Position numbers and translations under genes: made by a program. The notes under the pieces are model-generated. The model was not told where the DNA came from. It did not search any database and was given only the letters and a program-made list of their open reading frames with translations. Shown one piece after another: positions 12,001-23,662 of a stretch of 64,000 nt of DNA (positions are counted from its first letter, which is position 1; each line of letters opens with the position of its first letter). Source of the stretch: Macrostomum lignano (taxonomy: Eukaryota); NCBI GenBank assembly GCA_002269645.1, contig NIVC01000661.1:206724-270723 (forward strand), given 5' to 3'.

Positions 12001-15000
12001 TGGGCAGACTGGAAAGGTGGACAGAATAGATCGAAAGACAGGCACACAGACAGACAGAGAGACAGACAGCCAGGCAGACACCAAGGACAGCCAGGCAGAC
12101 ACCAAAGACAGCCAGGCAGACACCAAGGACAGCCAGGCAGACACCAAAGACAGCCAGGCAGACACCAAGGACAGCCAGGCAGACACCAAGGACAGCCAGG
12201 CAGACAGACAGACAGACAGCCAGGCAGACACCAAGGACAGCCAGGAAGACACCAAGGACAGCCAGGCAGACAGACAGACAGAAAGCCAGGCAGACACCAA
12301 GGACAGCCAGACAGACAGACAGACAGACAGCCAGGCAGACACCAAGGACAGCCAGGCAGACACCAAAGACAGCCAGGCAGACACCAAGGACAGCCAGGCA
12401 GACACCAAGGACAGCCAGGCAGACAGACAGACAGACAGCCAGGCAGACACCAAGGACAGCCAGGAAGACACCAAGGACAGCCAGGCAGACAGACAGACAG
12501 ACAGCCAGGCAGACACCAAGGACAGCCAGGCAGACAGACAGACAGACAGCCAGGCAGACACCAAGGACAGCCAGGCAGCCACCCAGGCCATGCCGCTGAC
12601 CACGGAGAGCCTTCGCAAGCTGCAGAAGAAGACCTCGCAGACGATGCTCGGCGCCCAGCGCCGCGCCGAGATGGAGTCGAACCGGCTGGCGCGCGAACTC
12701 TCCGAACTGCGCGCAGTCGAAGATCGGCGCGACGTGGCGCGCAGGCGCAAATTTCGACAGGCGGAGCGGCAGCTGGCGCTGTCCGGCCTCGCCCTGTCGG
12801 ACAGTGTCATCGACGTGCCGGCCATCAGCGGCGGCCGGCCGAGGGCCGTCAGTTCAGCGCAGCGTCGACGGCAGCTGGACAGCCTGCCGGCCGGGCTCGG
12901 CGACGTCGTCGAAGCGACAACGGGTCGACGACGACGGCCGCGGCAGCGAAGGCCGCTGTCGGTGTTCGCGCCGCAGGCGGATCGGCAGCGACAGCTGATG
13001 GCGGACGAGGAGGCGGCGGCAGCGGCGGCTGCGGAGGCGGGGCAGCTGGGAAGTCACGTGAGTTGCGTTCGACCTGTTAGACCTATTGAAAATGTTAGAT
13101 AAGATTTTTCGATCAGTTAGAGACAGTTGATAAACCTGTTAGACACAGTTGTTAGATCTGTTAGACACAGTTGTTAGATCTGTTAGACACAGTTGTTAGA
13201 TCTGTTAGACACAGTTGTTAGATCTATTAGACACAGTTGTTAGATCTGTTAGACACAGTTGTTAGATCTATTAGACACAGTTGTTAGATCGATTAGACAC
13301 AGTTGTTAGATCTGTTAGACACAGTTGTTAGATCTGTTAGACACAGTTGTTAGATCTGTTAGACACAGTTGTTAGATCTGTTAGACACAGTTGTTAGATC
13401 TGTTAGACACAGTTGTTAGATCTGTTAGACACAGTTGTTAGATCTGTTAGACACAGTTATTAGATCTGTTAGACACAGTTGTTAGATCTGTTAGACACAG
13501 TTGTTAGATCTGTTAGACACAGTTGTTAGATCTATTAGACACAGTTGTTAGATCTGTTAGACACCGTTGTTAGATTTATTAGACACAGTTGTTAGATCTG
13601 TTAGACACAGTTGTTAGATCTGTTAGACACAGTTGTTAGATCTGTTAGACACAGTTGTTAGATCTATTAGACACAGTTGTTAGATCTGTTAGACACCGTT
13701 GTTAGATTTATTAGACACAGTTGTTAGATCTGTTAGACACAGTTGTTAGATCTGTTAGACACAGTTGTTAGATCTGTTAGACACCGTTGTTAGATTTATT
13801 AGACACAGTTGTTAGATCTGTTAGACACAGTTGTTAGATCTGTTAGACACAGTTGTTAGATCGATTAGACACAGTTGTTAGATCTGTTAGACACAGTTGT
13901 TAGATCTGTTAGACACAGTTGTTAGATCTGTTAGACACAGTTGTTAGATCTGTTAGACAACGTTGTTCGATCTGTTAGACACAGTTGTTAGATCTGTTAG
14001 ACACCGTTGTTAGATATATAAGAAATTATTTTTAGATTTGCTAGAGATCCACTCGCCAAAGCCTCTTGACTTACTTGACTTAGCTGCAGGGTGGTCCGTA
14101 GACACAGCGGGGAGGCGAGGGTCGCCCATTCCGCTAGCCCCTGAAGGCCCGCAGACAGGCAGAGGCGTGGGGCCGGTCAGGGTGGTCCGCCGGTCCGTCC
14201 TGCAGCGTGATCTTCCGTTGGGAAGAAACTGGCTCGTCTAGTCGCCCGAAGGAACTGGATGAGCCGTGGGATGCTGTCGGGCTGGCAAACCTCGTCAATG
14301 GACGGGTTCGGCCCGAGGTAGCGTAGCCGGTCTCTGTTAAAGAAAGGGCAGTGACAGACAAAGTGCTGAGCATCTTCATTGTCGCACTCGCAAAAGGGGC
14401 AAATTTCGCTCTCGAGGTCGCCTCGGAGGAAGCAGTGCCTGGCGAGGTAGCCATGGCCGGTGAGGGTCATGACAAGGGCTCGAATATCCTTCCGATTCTG
14501 GTTCAGAAGGATGTTTCTGAGCCTGTGAGACGGGCAAGGAACCGCGGCACGAGATTGCCGGCAGTTTTGGGTGCCCGCCCATCTGTCCCTGTGGAGGGAG
14601 TCAGCCCAGTCGTCGATCTGACGATTGATGACTGTCAAGGGCATAGGGACCAGGGGGCAGGGCCGAAGAAAGAGCCAGAGCCGCCCCTCTTGGCGAGGGT
14701 GTCTGCCAGCTCGTTCCCCGGAAACCCTGCGTGCCCTGGGATCCACTTCAGCCTGACAGTATTGCTTCTGGCCAGGAGGTTGAGCTGCCGGGCGCAGTCG
14801 GCGACTGTCCGGGAGATCGTTGTGGTGTGGCAAAGGGCCTGTAAGGCCGCTTGGCTGTCGGAGTGGATGACAATAGTCTTTCCTCTCGTAACCTTGGCGT
14901 TCAGCTCTGCAGCGCAAGAGCTGATGGCAAGGACTTCGTTCTGGAAGACTGTGGAGAGTCTACCAGTGTGCTGGGCATGCGTGGCAATTACGCGGCCGTT

Positions 15001-18000
15001 GATGATGATGCAGACCCCAAAGCCGGCGCGACCGTCTTTGATGGATCCGTCCGTGTAGCAATGGACCTCCTGGAAATTCCAGTGGTCATTGGCAGCATCC
15101 CTAGAGGGGATGGTGACCTTGTAGCGCTGAAAGAGGTTGAGAGTGCGGGGTTCGCCGTCAGATAGGACGTGGAGCCCGCCGCTGTCTCTCAAGTCCTTGA
15201 GGCAGAGGTCAGCGTGGGGCAGAAGCTTGCGCTTAGCCATGGCCCTATGGGGCTGGATTCGAATGCCAGCGTCAGCTAGACGGCGGGCAGTCTTAGCCGC
15301 TTCCCTGCGGACAAAGATGTCCAGCGGAGGAATGTTGAGGAAGGCGTTGAGGCCATCGTAGGAGCAGACGGAGGGGCGCTCATGATCGTGCGACAAGCGC
15401 GCCCTTGCGCTCTCCTGAGAGCCTCTAGACAGGTCTTTATCTGCAGGGCGCTAGCCCAGATCAGGCCGCCATACGAGATAGCGGGCCTAACCATTGCAGT
15501 GTAGATCCACCAGAGGCGCTTGGGGTGAGCCCCCAGGTGGTGCCGACAGCCCTGCGCAATTGCGCGAGGACTGCGAAGGCCTTTTTGGCTTTTGTTTGAA
15601 CGTGGGGTGACCAGTTCAGCCTGTGGTCCAGGGTAATACCCAGACATTTAGTCTGCTTGCAGAAGGGGATTTCCCTTCCGTAAAGCGTGAGCGGCCGAAT
15701 CTGCCACTTGGTCCTGCTGGTGAACATGATCGCTGCGGTCTTAGTCTCAGAGAGCCTTAAACCACAGCGGTCCGCCCATTGCTCATCAGCGTAGATGAAG
15801 TTCTGAAGAAGGTCCCTGAGGGTATCAGGGGACGGACCAGATGCCACCGCGGTGACATCGTCCGCATATCCAACTTTCAGAATGGGGTCAGGCCGAACAA
15901 CCCGGAGGAGCTCATCGATGACCATATTCCAGAGAACTGGAGACAGCACCCCACCTTGCGGGCTACCTTTGCAGACGGGGACCGTCCTCTGGTAGCCCAG
16001 CAGACTGGCGGTGGCCGTGCGATGGCTGATCATGTACATGATCCATCTGGTGAGATGTGAGTGCGTTTGCCTCTCACAAAGAGCTCTTCGGAACGCCTCA
16101 AAGAGGACGTTATCGAAGGCGCCAATGATATCCAGGAAGATCCCCAGAGCAAAGCCATTACCAAGCACGGCCTTCTCGAGTTTATCGACCAGGACGTGCA
16201 GCGCGCTTTCAGTGGAGCGACCCGCCCGAAAAGCGTGCTGGTTCTCGCTGAGAGGTTTGTTCTTCAGCTCAACAGAGAGAAGGCGCCAAAGCACCAGTCT
16301 CTCCATCAGCTTGACCAGGGAGGAGGTCAAGCTGATCGGTCTGAAGGATTTGATAGAATGGTAGTCCGAGCGGCCTGGCTTAGGGATAAAGATCACCTTT
16401 GCCTCGGTCCATGCCTGCGGGACATAACCAAGCGTGATGCATGCCCGAAGAAGGCTGCAAAGTTTGCGCAGGAAGCCTGGGCATTTAACCGCCTCTCTTA
16501 GAAGGGCCGGTACAATGCCGTCGGGTCCTGGGGCTTTGAAAGGCTTGAAGGAATTTGCCGCTCTCACAATGCGGTCCTCCGTGATGATAGAGGCAGCCAG
16601 CGCGTGACCTCCCTCCGAGTGATCCGGAGTGGTCTGGTTAGCTGGCTCGTTGGGGAAAAACGCAGTGAGCATTACATCAAGCGTTTCCCCTGGGTTGTCC
16701 GTGGACGTACCGTCGGTGCGTTTGACCGAGGAGAGCTTAGACATTTTGTCCAGCGTGAGCGCTTTCACAACTCTGGAGGTGGGGCGTGAGCCCTCTAGCT
16801 CCTCACAGTATTGTCGCCATTTTTGAGCCTTTGCATTCCTAACCTTCCTTTTAAACTCATGAATTGCTTCATGATAGGCGGTTTGGTCTGCAGGGCTCTT
16901 AGTTTTAGTTGCTCTGCGGTGGAGTCTCTTAGCCCTGCGACGGAGGTTGCCGAGCTCGGGATTCCACCACGGCGCCGATTTTTTCCCTTTATAGGCTTTT
17001 AAAGGGCAGGACGCCTCAAAGGCGGCGGTTAGCGTCTCTGTCAAAACAGTCGCGCACTCATCCGCCTCTCGGCACGACGTGATCGTGGATGGTTGGCCAG
17101 GAGACCGATGGAATTCCTTCAGGGCGAGCCCGAAGGTTTCCCAATCCGTATTTCTGGCGTTCCGTCTCCACGTAACACGAGTTGCGCTACGCGCGGCCAT
17201 TAGGTTGAAGGAGATGAACTTGTGATCCGAGAGTGAGGACACTGGAAGCACCCGCCACGCTCCAATACTCTGGTAGAGTCTGGGCGTTGCGAGCGTAGCG
17301 TCGATCACCTCCGACCACCGTCCGTTGTCAAAGGTAGGGGTGGACCCAGAGTTGCAGAACTCGAGGGTCGTAGAGGCAACGTAGGCTAGGAGGTCTTCGC
17401 CTCTCTGATTAATGCCAGTGCTGCCCCAGTGAGTGTGGTGGGCGTTGATGTCGCCGGCAACCATGAGCTCGTAGTTTTTGGCAGAGCAGAGCTCTACCAG
17501 CGTAGCGAGGGCTCTGGGGACGACCGCAGCATCACCTGGTAGGTAAACCGAGGCAATGAGGGTGGTCTTCCCAGGAAGAAGGTCCTCGGATTGGATGACG
17601 CAGATGTCCCTGTTGGACAGGTCCGATCTGAGCCACGCACTGAGCGTTTTGCTCGCAAAGATGCAAGCTCTGGGAGGCTGGTTGGCCTCGCGAGGGTAAG
17701 TATAAAAACAATTGTAGCCAGCAGGGGCGTTTTGAGGCTTACCTCTGAGAGTCCAGGGTTCCTGGACGAGGATGAGCCCCGGCTTGTCGAGCTCGGCGTA
17801 ACGCATAAGGTTGACCGAGGCTGCGACGCAGTGCTGCAGATTAATCTGCAGGCAATGGATTCCCTGGTTGCTGATCATTATCACGCAGTTGGGGAATCGT
17901 TGAGCAGGTCATCCTCCTCCTTTTCAGTGGTGGGTGACCCGCAGACCTCCATGGGAGTTTCAGCGTCCTCAGCAGTTAGGGTGGCTGTGGAGTCCTCCGC

Positions 18001-20050
18001 GGACGTGAGCCCAGCGTGGACGTTACCGTCGCCTCCCCTGCGTGCTTCGGTGCTGTCACTGCCCGTCCCCTCTGCCTCGTCGGTCAGGTCGATGCGGGTG
18101 GCGCCAGCCTCCTGGTGAGTCACAGACTCGAACCAGTCGGTCGGAGCCTCCCCGCTTAGAGTCTGGCCTTCTGGCTGTTGGGGTGGAGCGCGAGAAGCGC
18201 GGGCCCGCTCACGATGCGCACGAAGGTTCTTGGCCTGGTCCAGCGCGCGCTGGATCAGGCCGGACCTCCGGGTGCTCCTGGCGGGTCTGCGATTGCGATT
18301 TCCGGTTTCAGCAGCGCGAACTGCCTTACCGGGCATAGATCTGTTAGACACAGTTGTTAGATCTGTTAGACACAGTTGTTAGATCTGTTAGACAACGTTG
18401 TTCGATCTGTTAGACACAGTTGTTAGATCTGTTAGACACCGTTGTTAGATATATAAGAAATTATTTTTAGATTTGCTAGAGATCCACTCGCCAAAGCCTC
18501 AGATGTGAATGAATTCATGGCTCATAAAAATGCAGCCAGTATTACGTAATCAAAACCTCCACTGCAACCCTCGCTGGGATCAAGTGGTCCCAGGGCTCTG
18601 ACGGCAGTGGCTGCTTGACAAACTGTTATTGGGAAAAATCCAATTGGCTATTTTGGTTTCGATGGGAAAAAACTCCAAGAGGAGCCCCGAGAGTTTGAGC
18701 TCGTCCTGGCAGCAAAGGTCATAAAATTTGCATGAAAACAAATCATAATTTGATAGCCTAAAATTGGGCGCCAGAGTCTAAAATTGGGCGCCAGAGTCTA
18801 AAATTGGGCGCCACAGAGTCTAAAATTGGGTTCCAGAGTCTAAAATTGGGCGCCACTGTCTAAAATCGGGCGCCAGAGTCTAAAATTGGGCGCCACAGAG
18901 TCTAAAATTGGGCGCCACAGAGTCTAAAATTGGGTTCCAGAGTCTAGAATTGGGCGCCAGAGTCTAAAATTGGGCGCCACAGAGTCTAAAAATGGGCGCC
19001 ACAGAGTCTAAAAATGGGTTCCAGAGTCTAAAGTTGGGCGCCACAGAGTCTAAAATTGGGTTCCAGAGTCTAAAATTGGGTTCCAGAGTCTAAAATTGGG
19101 CGCCATAGTCTAAAATTGGGCGCCAGAGTCTAAAATTGGGTTCCAGAGTCTAAAATTGGGCGCCAGAGTCTAAAATTGGGCGCCAGAGTCTAAAATTGGG
19201 CGCCACAGAGTCTAAAAATGGGTTCCAGAGTCTAAAGTTGGGCGCCACAGAGTCTAAAGTTGGGCGCCACAGAGTCTAAAATTGGGCGCCACAGAGTCTA
19301 AAATTGGGCGCCACAGAGTCTAAAATTGGGCGCCACAGAGTCTAAAATTGGGCGCCACTGAATCTAAAATTGGGCGCCAGAGTCTAAAATTGGGCGCCAG
19401 AGTCTAAAATTGGGCGCCAGAGTCTAAAATTGGGCGCCACAGAGTCTAAAATTGGGTTCCAGAGTCTAAAATTGGGCGCCACTGTCTAAAATCGGGCGCC
19501 ACTGTCGCAAATTAGGCGCAAGTGTCTAAACTTTGGCGCCACTCTCTAAAATCGGGCGCCACAGTGTCTTTAACTGGCCATGCTCCTCTCCTTCCAGAAG
19601 CAGCAACAGCAACAGCAGAAGCAGCAGCCGCAGCCGGCTCCCAGCTGCCAGTTTGCTGGCTCCGACGGCTCCCCCTGCGGCAGGTTCCCCTGCTGCCTGC
19701 CCGCCAGCTACAGCTTCATCAGCAGCAAGCGGGAGATGCTGCAGCTATACGACCTGCTGCTCAGCCAGCTGCCGGAACACCGGCGCCCGAAGAGCGGCGC
19801 TGACTCAGCCGCCGGCTCGGACCTCAGCTCGATGATCTCCGACGCCGAGTACGTAATCGAGGCGCAGAAGAAGGTGTCCTCACTGGACCCGGTTGAACGC
19901 GCCCGGCTGCTCAAGATGGCGTCGGAGCAGTGGCGCCGCAGGCACTCCGGGCAGATGCCGCAGCCCAGGGAGACCCGGTATGGCAAGCCCTACCCGATGC
20001 GGAGGGTGATAAAGCCGATCTCTTCATCCAGCTGCTCATTTCTGAACTGA
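6040..20050 (+). CDS. Uncharacterised multi-exon protein with coiled-coil and Ala/Arg-rich segments; exons ~6040-6342, 7756-~8390, possible 11697-~11870, ~12008-13057, 19598-20050
   Basis: GC-rich open frames. Junctions 6342/7756 (phase 2) and 13057/19598 (phase 0) are canonical GT-AG and in frame; stop at 20048-20050. The donor after ~8390 and the start codon are unresolved, so this could be two genes. No family recognised. Confidence 0.55.
6470..7700. repeat. Degenerate long-period (~380-620 bp) duplication with internal gccttgacat subrepeats
   Basis: The cagcg(c/a)ccccccg...agccaa...taataaa...aactacatgta block recurs at ~6476, ~6852 and ~7469. Confidence 0.75.
7262..7313 (-). repeat. Interstitial telomeric repeat, about 8 copies of TTAGGG
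   Basis: Perfect (CCCTAA)n run on the + strand, with degenerate copies just upstream (7228-7250). Confidence 0.9.
9413..11504 (+). mobile_element. Degenerate RTE-type non-LTR retrotransposon, 5'-truncated, with a large internal deletion between endonuclease and RT
   Basis: APE motifs LGTMNFRTL, SLQEV, GVGVLI and AYAPT (9589-10095). RT motifs IVPIPKK, RGISLMS, EQNGFR, VDFRKAFDSV, LQGDTLAPFLF, YPDD (frameshifted) and FTYLG. Ends in (TTG)n; flanked by near-identical cagtactgac (9403-9412) and cattactgac (11505-11514). Confidence 0.88.
12070..12580 (+). repeat. Frame-preserving 21/24-nt repeat encoding (DTKDSQA)/(DRQTDSQA)
   Basis: The unit variants read are multiples of 3; the frame stays open into unique coding sequence. 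Confidence 0.85.
13135..14015. repeat. Intronic minisatellite, 22-bp unit tagatctgttagacacagttgt
   Basis: Direct tandem copies; partly duplicated at 18336-18450. Confidence 0.95.
13901..14065. repeat. Left copy of the 165-bp direct duplication flanking the LINE (right copy 18336-18500)
   Basis: Identical on reading, including the variant unit acaacgttgttcgatc and the unique tail gatatataagaaattatttttagatttgctagagatccactcgccaaagcctc. Confidence 0.92.
14066..18335 (-). mobile_element. Non-LTR retrotransposon with APE-RT-RNase H-Cys/His ORF2 (I group, LOA/Lian-like), 5'-truncated in ORF1
   Basis: ORF1 remnant 18335-17881, then TGA-TA-ATG. ORF2 carries QINLQHC, QEPW, GDINAHH, SDH, KAPGPDG, QHAFR, PQGGVLSP, YADD; RNase H YTDGS, VFQNE, SDSQAAL, WIPGH; C-terminal LTGHG...CPFC..HFVCHC. 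Short TAAGTCAAG-type tail at 14066-14083; 165-bp direct repeats on both sides. Clade assignment is by recalled motif similarity. Confidence 0.93.
14177..17878 (-). CDS. LINE ORF2 polyprotein (endonuclease, reverse transcriptase, RNase H) broken by three 1-nt frameshifts at ~15523, ~15361 and ~14655
   Basis: ORF track segments 15461..17884, 15276..15647, 14635..15396 and 14177..14917 join into one polyprotein when one C (minus strand) is restored in each of three C-runs. Confidence 0.88.
18770..19560. repeat. Intronic minisatellite, 20/22-bp unit gagtctaaaattgggcgcca(ca)
   Basis: Direct tandem copies ending just before the acceptor at 19597. Confidence 0.95.
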
Positions 20051-20454
20051 TTTTGATGGAGAACGTGTGATATCAGCTGAGGTGTGCAGTGTGACTTTTC
20101 GATAATTATTGTTATTACTATTAATAAAGAAAAACATGCGACTATTGAAGAAATTTTAATATAAATTCTGTACTTGTTGTTCGAGTCTTTCATCTTATGC
20201 GTGTACCTTCCATTGGGAGTACCATCGATGGGTATTTTCTGGTGGGTAACTTTTTTGAAGGCTACGGTGTCTGATCCAGCACCTCTAAGGTATCTTTTTA
20301 GTTCATTTCCTTGTAGAAAGCTTTTGATGGGTAACAGTCTCTTAATTGAGAATTATTTCTTGGGTATTCTCTCTTGAGTATCGTCTCTTGGGTACTGTCC
20401 CTTAGGTATTATCTATTGGGTATCATCTCTTAGGTATTCTCTCTTGAATTTAAT

Positions 20455-20915
20455 CTCTTGTTGTTCTATGGGTGCAGTCTCATACTCTATGGGTGCAGCC
20501 TCATACTCTATGGTTACAGCCTCATACTCTATGATAACAGCCTCATACTCTATGGGTACAGTCTCATACTCTATGGGTACAGTCTCATACTCTATGGGTA
20601 CAGTCTCATACTCTATGGATACAGTCTCATGCTCTATGGGCGCAGTCTCATGCTCTATGGGCGCAGTCTCATGCTCTATGGGCGCAGTCTCATGCTCTAT
20701 GGGCGCAGTCTCATGCTCTTTGGGCGCAGTCTCATGCTCTATGGGCGCAGTCTCATGCTCTATGGGCGCAGTCTCATGCTCTTTGGGCGCAGTCTCATGC
20801 TCTATGGGCGCAGTCTCATGCTCTTTGGGCGCAGTCTCATGCTCTATGGGCGCAGTCTCATGCTCTATGGGCGCAGTCTCATGCTCTTTGGGCGCAGTCT
20901 CATGCTCTATGGGTA
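20455..20915. repeat. Minisatellite, 21-bp unit ctctatgggcgcagtctcatg
   Basis: Direct tandem copies with a gradient of variants. Confidence 0.95.
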
Positions 20916-21169
20916 TGCATGGTAATTACGCAAATTCGGATGAAAATTGCAACTACGCTCTCCATCAAAAGTCTCCATCAGCATCAGCCTATCGAATGAT
21001 GTGCCGCCCAGAGCCTCAGCTTCACTAATCTTCAATTCTAATCCAGTCAGTTGATCTTCCCCAAAAATTGATTACTCTTTGCTCAAAGAAGGCTCCAAAA
21101 ATGTATTTCTTTTATCTCTGGGACTTGGCCTAATTGGAAATCGACCCCCAACACGGATCGATCCCCTAC

Positions 21170-23584
21170 GTTTTAATCCTTTTGCCAGGACCGAGAGTCA
21201 ATGCTGAGCGCTGCTGGTAGCTCATGCTGGAGAGTCATCACATTTTGGGCGCCGTATCCGCTCGTGCAGAGACATTTTAGTGGTGTTAAGACATTTTATA
21301 GGGTGCTGTAGAGACACATTCGGTGCCAAACAGACACATTCAGTGCTAAATAGACACATTCAGTGTGAAATAATAGACACATTCGGTGCCAAATAGACAT
21401 ATTCAGTGCCAAACAGACACATTCGGTGCCAAACAGACACATTTGGTGCTAAATAGACACATTCGGTGCCAAACAGACACATTTGGTGCTAAATAGACAC
21501 ATTCGGTGCCAAACAGACACATTTGGTGCCAAATAGACACATTCGGTGCCAAATAGACACATTCGGTGCCAAATAGACACATTTGGTGCCAAATAGACAC
21601 ATTCGGTGCTAAATAGACACATTCGGTGCCAAATAGACACATTCGGTGCCAAACAGACACATTCGGTGCTAAATAGACACATTTGGTTTCAGAAAGACAC
21701 ACTCGGCGCCACGAAGCCTCATTTAATGTCAAAAAACATATGCCGCAAAGACACATTTGGCCTTAGGCGCAACATAGACACACTAGAGTGCAATATAGAC
21801 ACACTAGAGTGCAACATAGACACACTAGAGTGCAATATAGACACACTAGAGTGCAATATAGACACACTAGAGTGCAATATAGACACACTAGAGTGCAATA
21901 TAGACACACTAGAACGCAATATAGACACACTAGAGCGCAATATAGACACACTAGAGTGCAATATAGACACACTAGAGTGCAATATAGACACACTAGAGTG
22001 CAATATAGACACACTAGAGTGCAATATAGACACACTAGAGTGCAATATAGACACACTAGAGCGCAATATAGACACACTAGAGTGCAATATAGACACACTA
22101 GAGTGCAATATAGACACACTAGAGTGCAATATAGACACACTAGAACGCAATATAGACACACTAGAGCGCAATATAGACACACTAGAGCGCAATATAGACA
22201 CACTAGAGTGCAATATAGACACACTAGAGTGCAATATAGACACACTAGAGTGCAATATAGACACACTAGAGTGCAATATAGACACACTAGAGCGCAATAT
22301 AGACACACTAGAGCGCAATATAGACACACTAGAGTGCAATATAGACACACTAGAACGCAATATAGACACACTAGAGCGCAATATAGACACACTAGAGCGC
22401 AATATAGACACACTAGAGTGCAATATAGACACACTAGAGTGCAATATAGACACACTAGAGTGCAATATAGACACACTAGAACGCAATATAGACACACTAG
22501 AGCGCAATATAGACACACTAGAGCGCAATATAGACACACTAGAGTGCAATATAGACACACTAGAACGCAATATAGACACACTAGAGCGCAATATAGACAC
22601 ACTAGAGTGCAATATAGACACACTAGAGTGCAATATAGACACACTAGAGTGCAATATAGACACACTAGAGTGCAATATAGACACACTAGAGTGCAATATA
22701 GACACACTAGAGCGCAATATAGACACACTAGAGTGCAATATAGACACACTAGAGTGTAATATAGACACACTAGAGTGCAATATAGACACACTAGAGTGCA
22801 ATATAGACACACTAGAGCGCAATATAGACACACTAGAGTGCAATATAGACACACTAGAGTGCAATATAGACACACTAGAGTGCAATATAGACACACTAGA
22901 GCGCAATATAGACACACTAGAGCGCAATATAGACACACTAGAGTGCAATATAGACACACTAGAGCGCAATATAGACACACTAGAGTGCAATATAGACACA
23001 CTAGAGCGCCTTATAAACACACTAGAGCGCCTTATAAACACACTAGAGCGATATATACACCTGACAATAAACCTAAAACGCCCTCAATGCTACTTAAAAT
23101 GATGCGTATTTACCTGCAATTAACCTCCCATTTGTCTTTCTCTTCATCCCAGCTCTCCTGACTGATGTTTTTCAGTACAAATTCTACACTCCTTTGTTTG
23201 ATCACCGATGCCGGGCATTGTCGGTACGCCACACCGCATCCCAATCCCGGTTCCCATCTGAACTGATCCCCATCCTCTCGCTTTTTATGAGGAATAAAAT
23301 ACTGAGTCGACGGTGAGTGAGCCCAGCCTCCCTTGAGTCCAACATCATCAAAGAGAATCCCATTGATCCGCCTCCGGCCTTCTCAATTCCGCTTTCCCAA
23401 CTCAGGCCTTCCTTTGCCAAGACAGATATTTGTTACACGCGAATCTCAAATCCCCCAAAGGCTGCGTCACTCAAAACATCCCATCGCTCCTTTGTTCCCA
23501 TCTTGAGTTTTTTTCTCCTGCACGCGCTCTCCGCTTACATTCGAACTCAAAAAACGGCTCGCCTTGGAGATTATTGATGAGTGA

Positions 23585-23662
<78 letters not shown>

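Noticed and set aside
21606-23161. Long ORFs in several frames (CNIDTLE, QYRHTRV, SSVSILH repeats)
   Set aside because: By-products of a stop-free 21-bp intronic minisatellite; open on both strands with no unique coding context.
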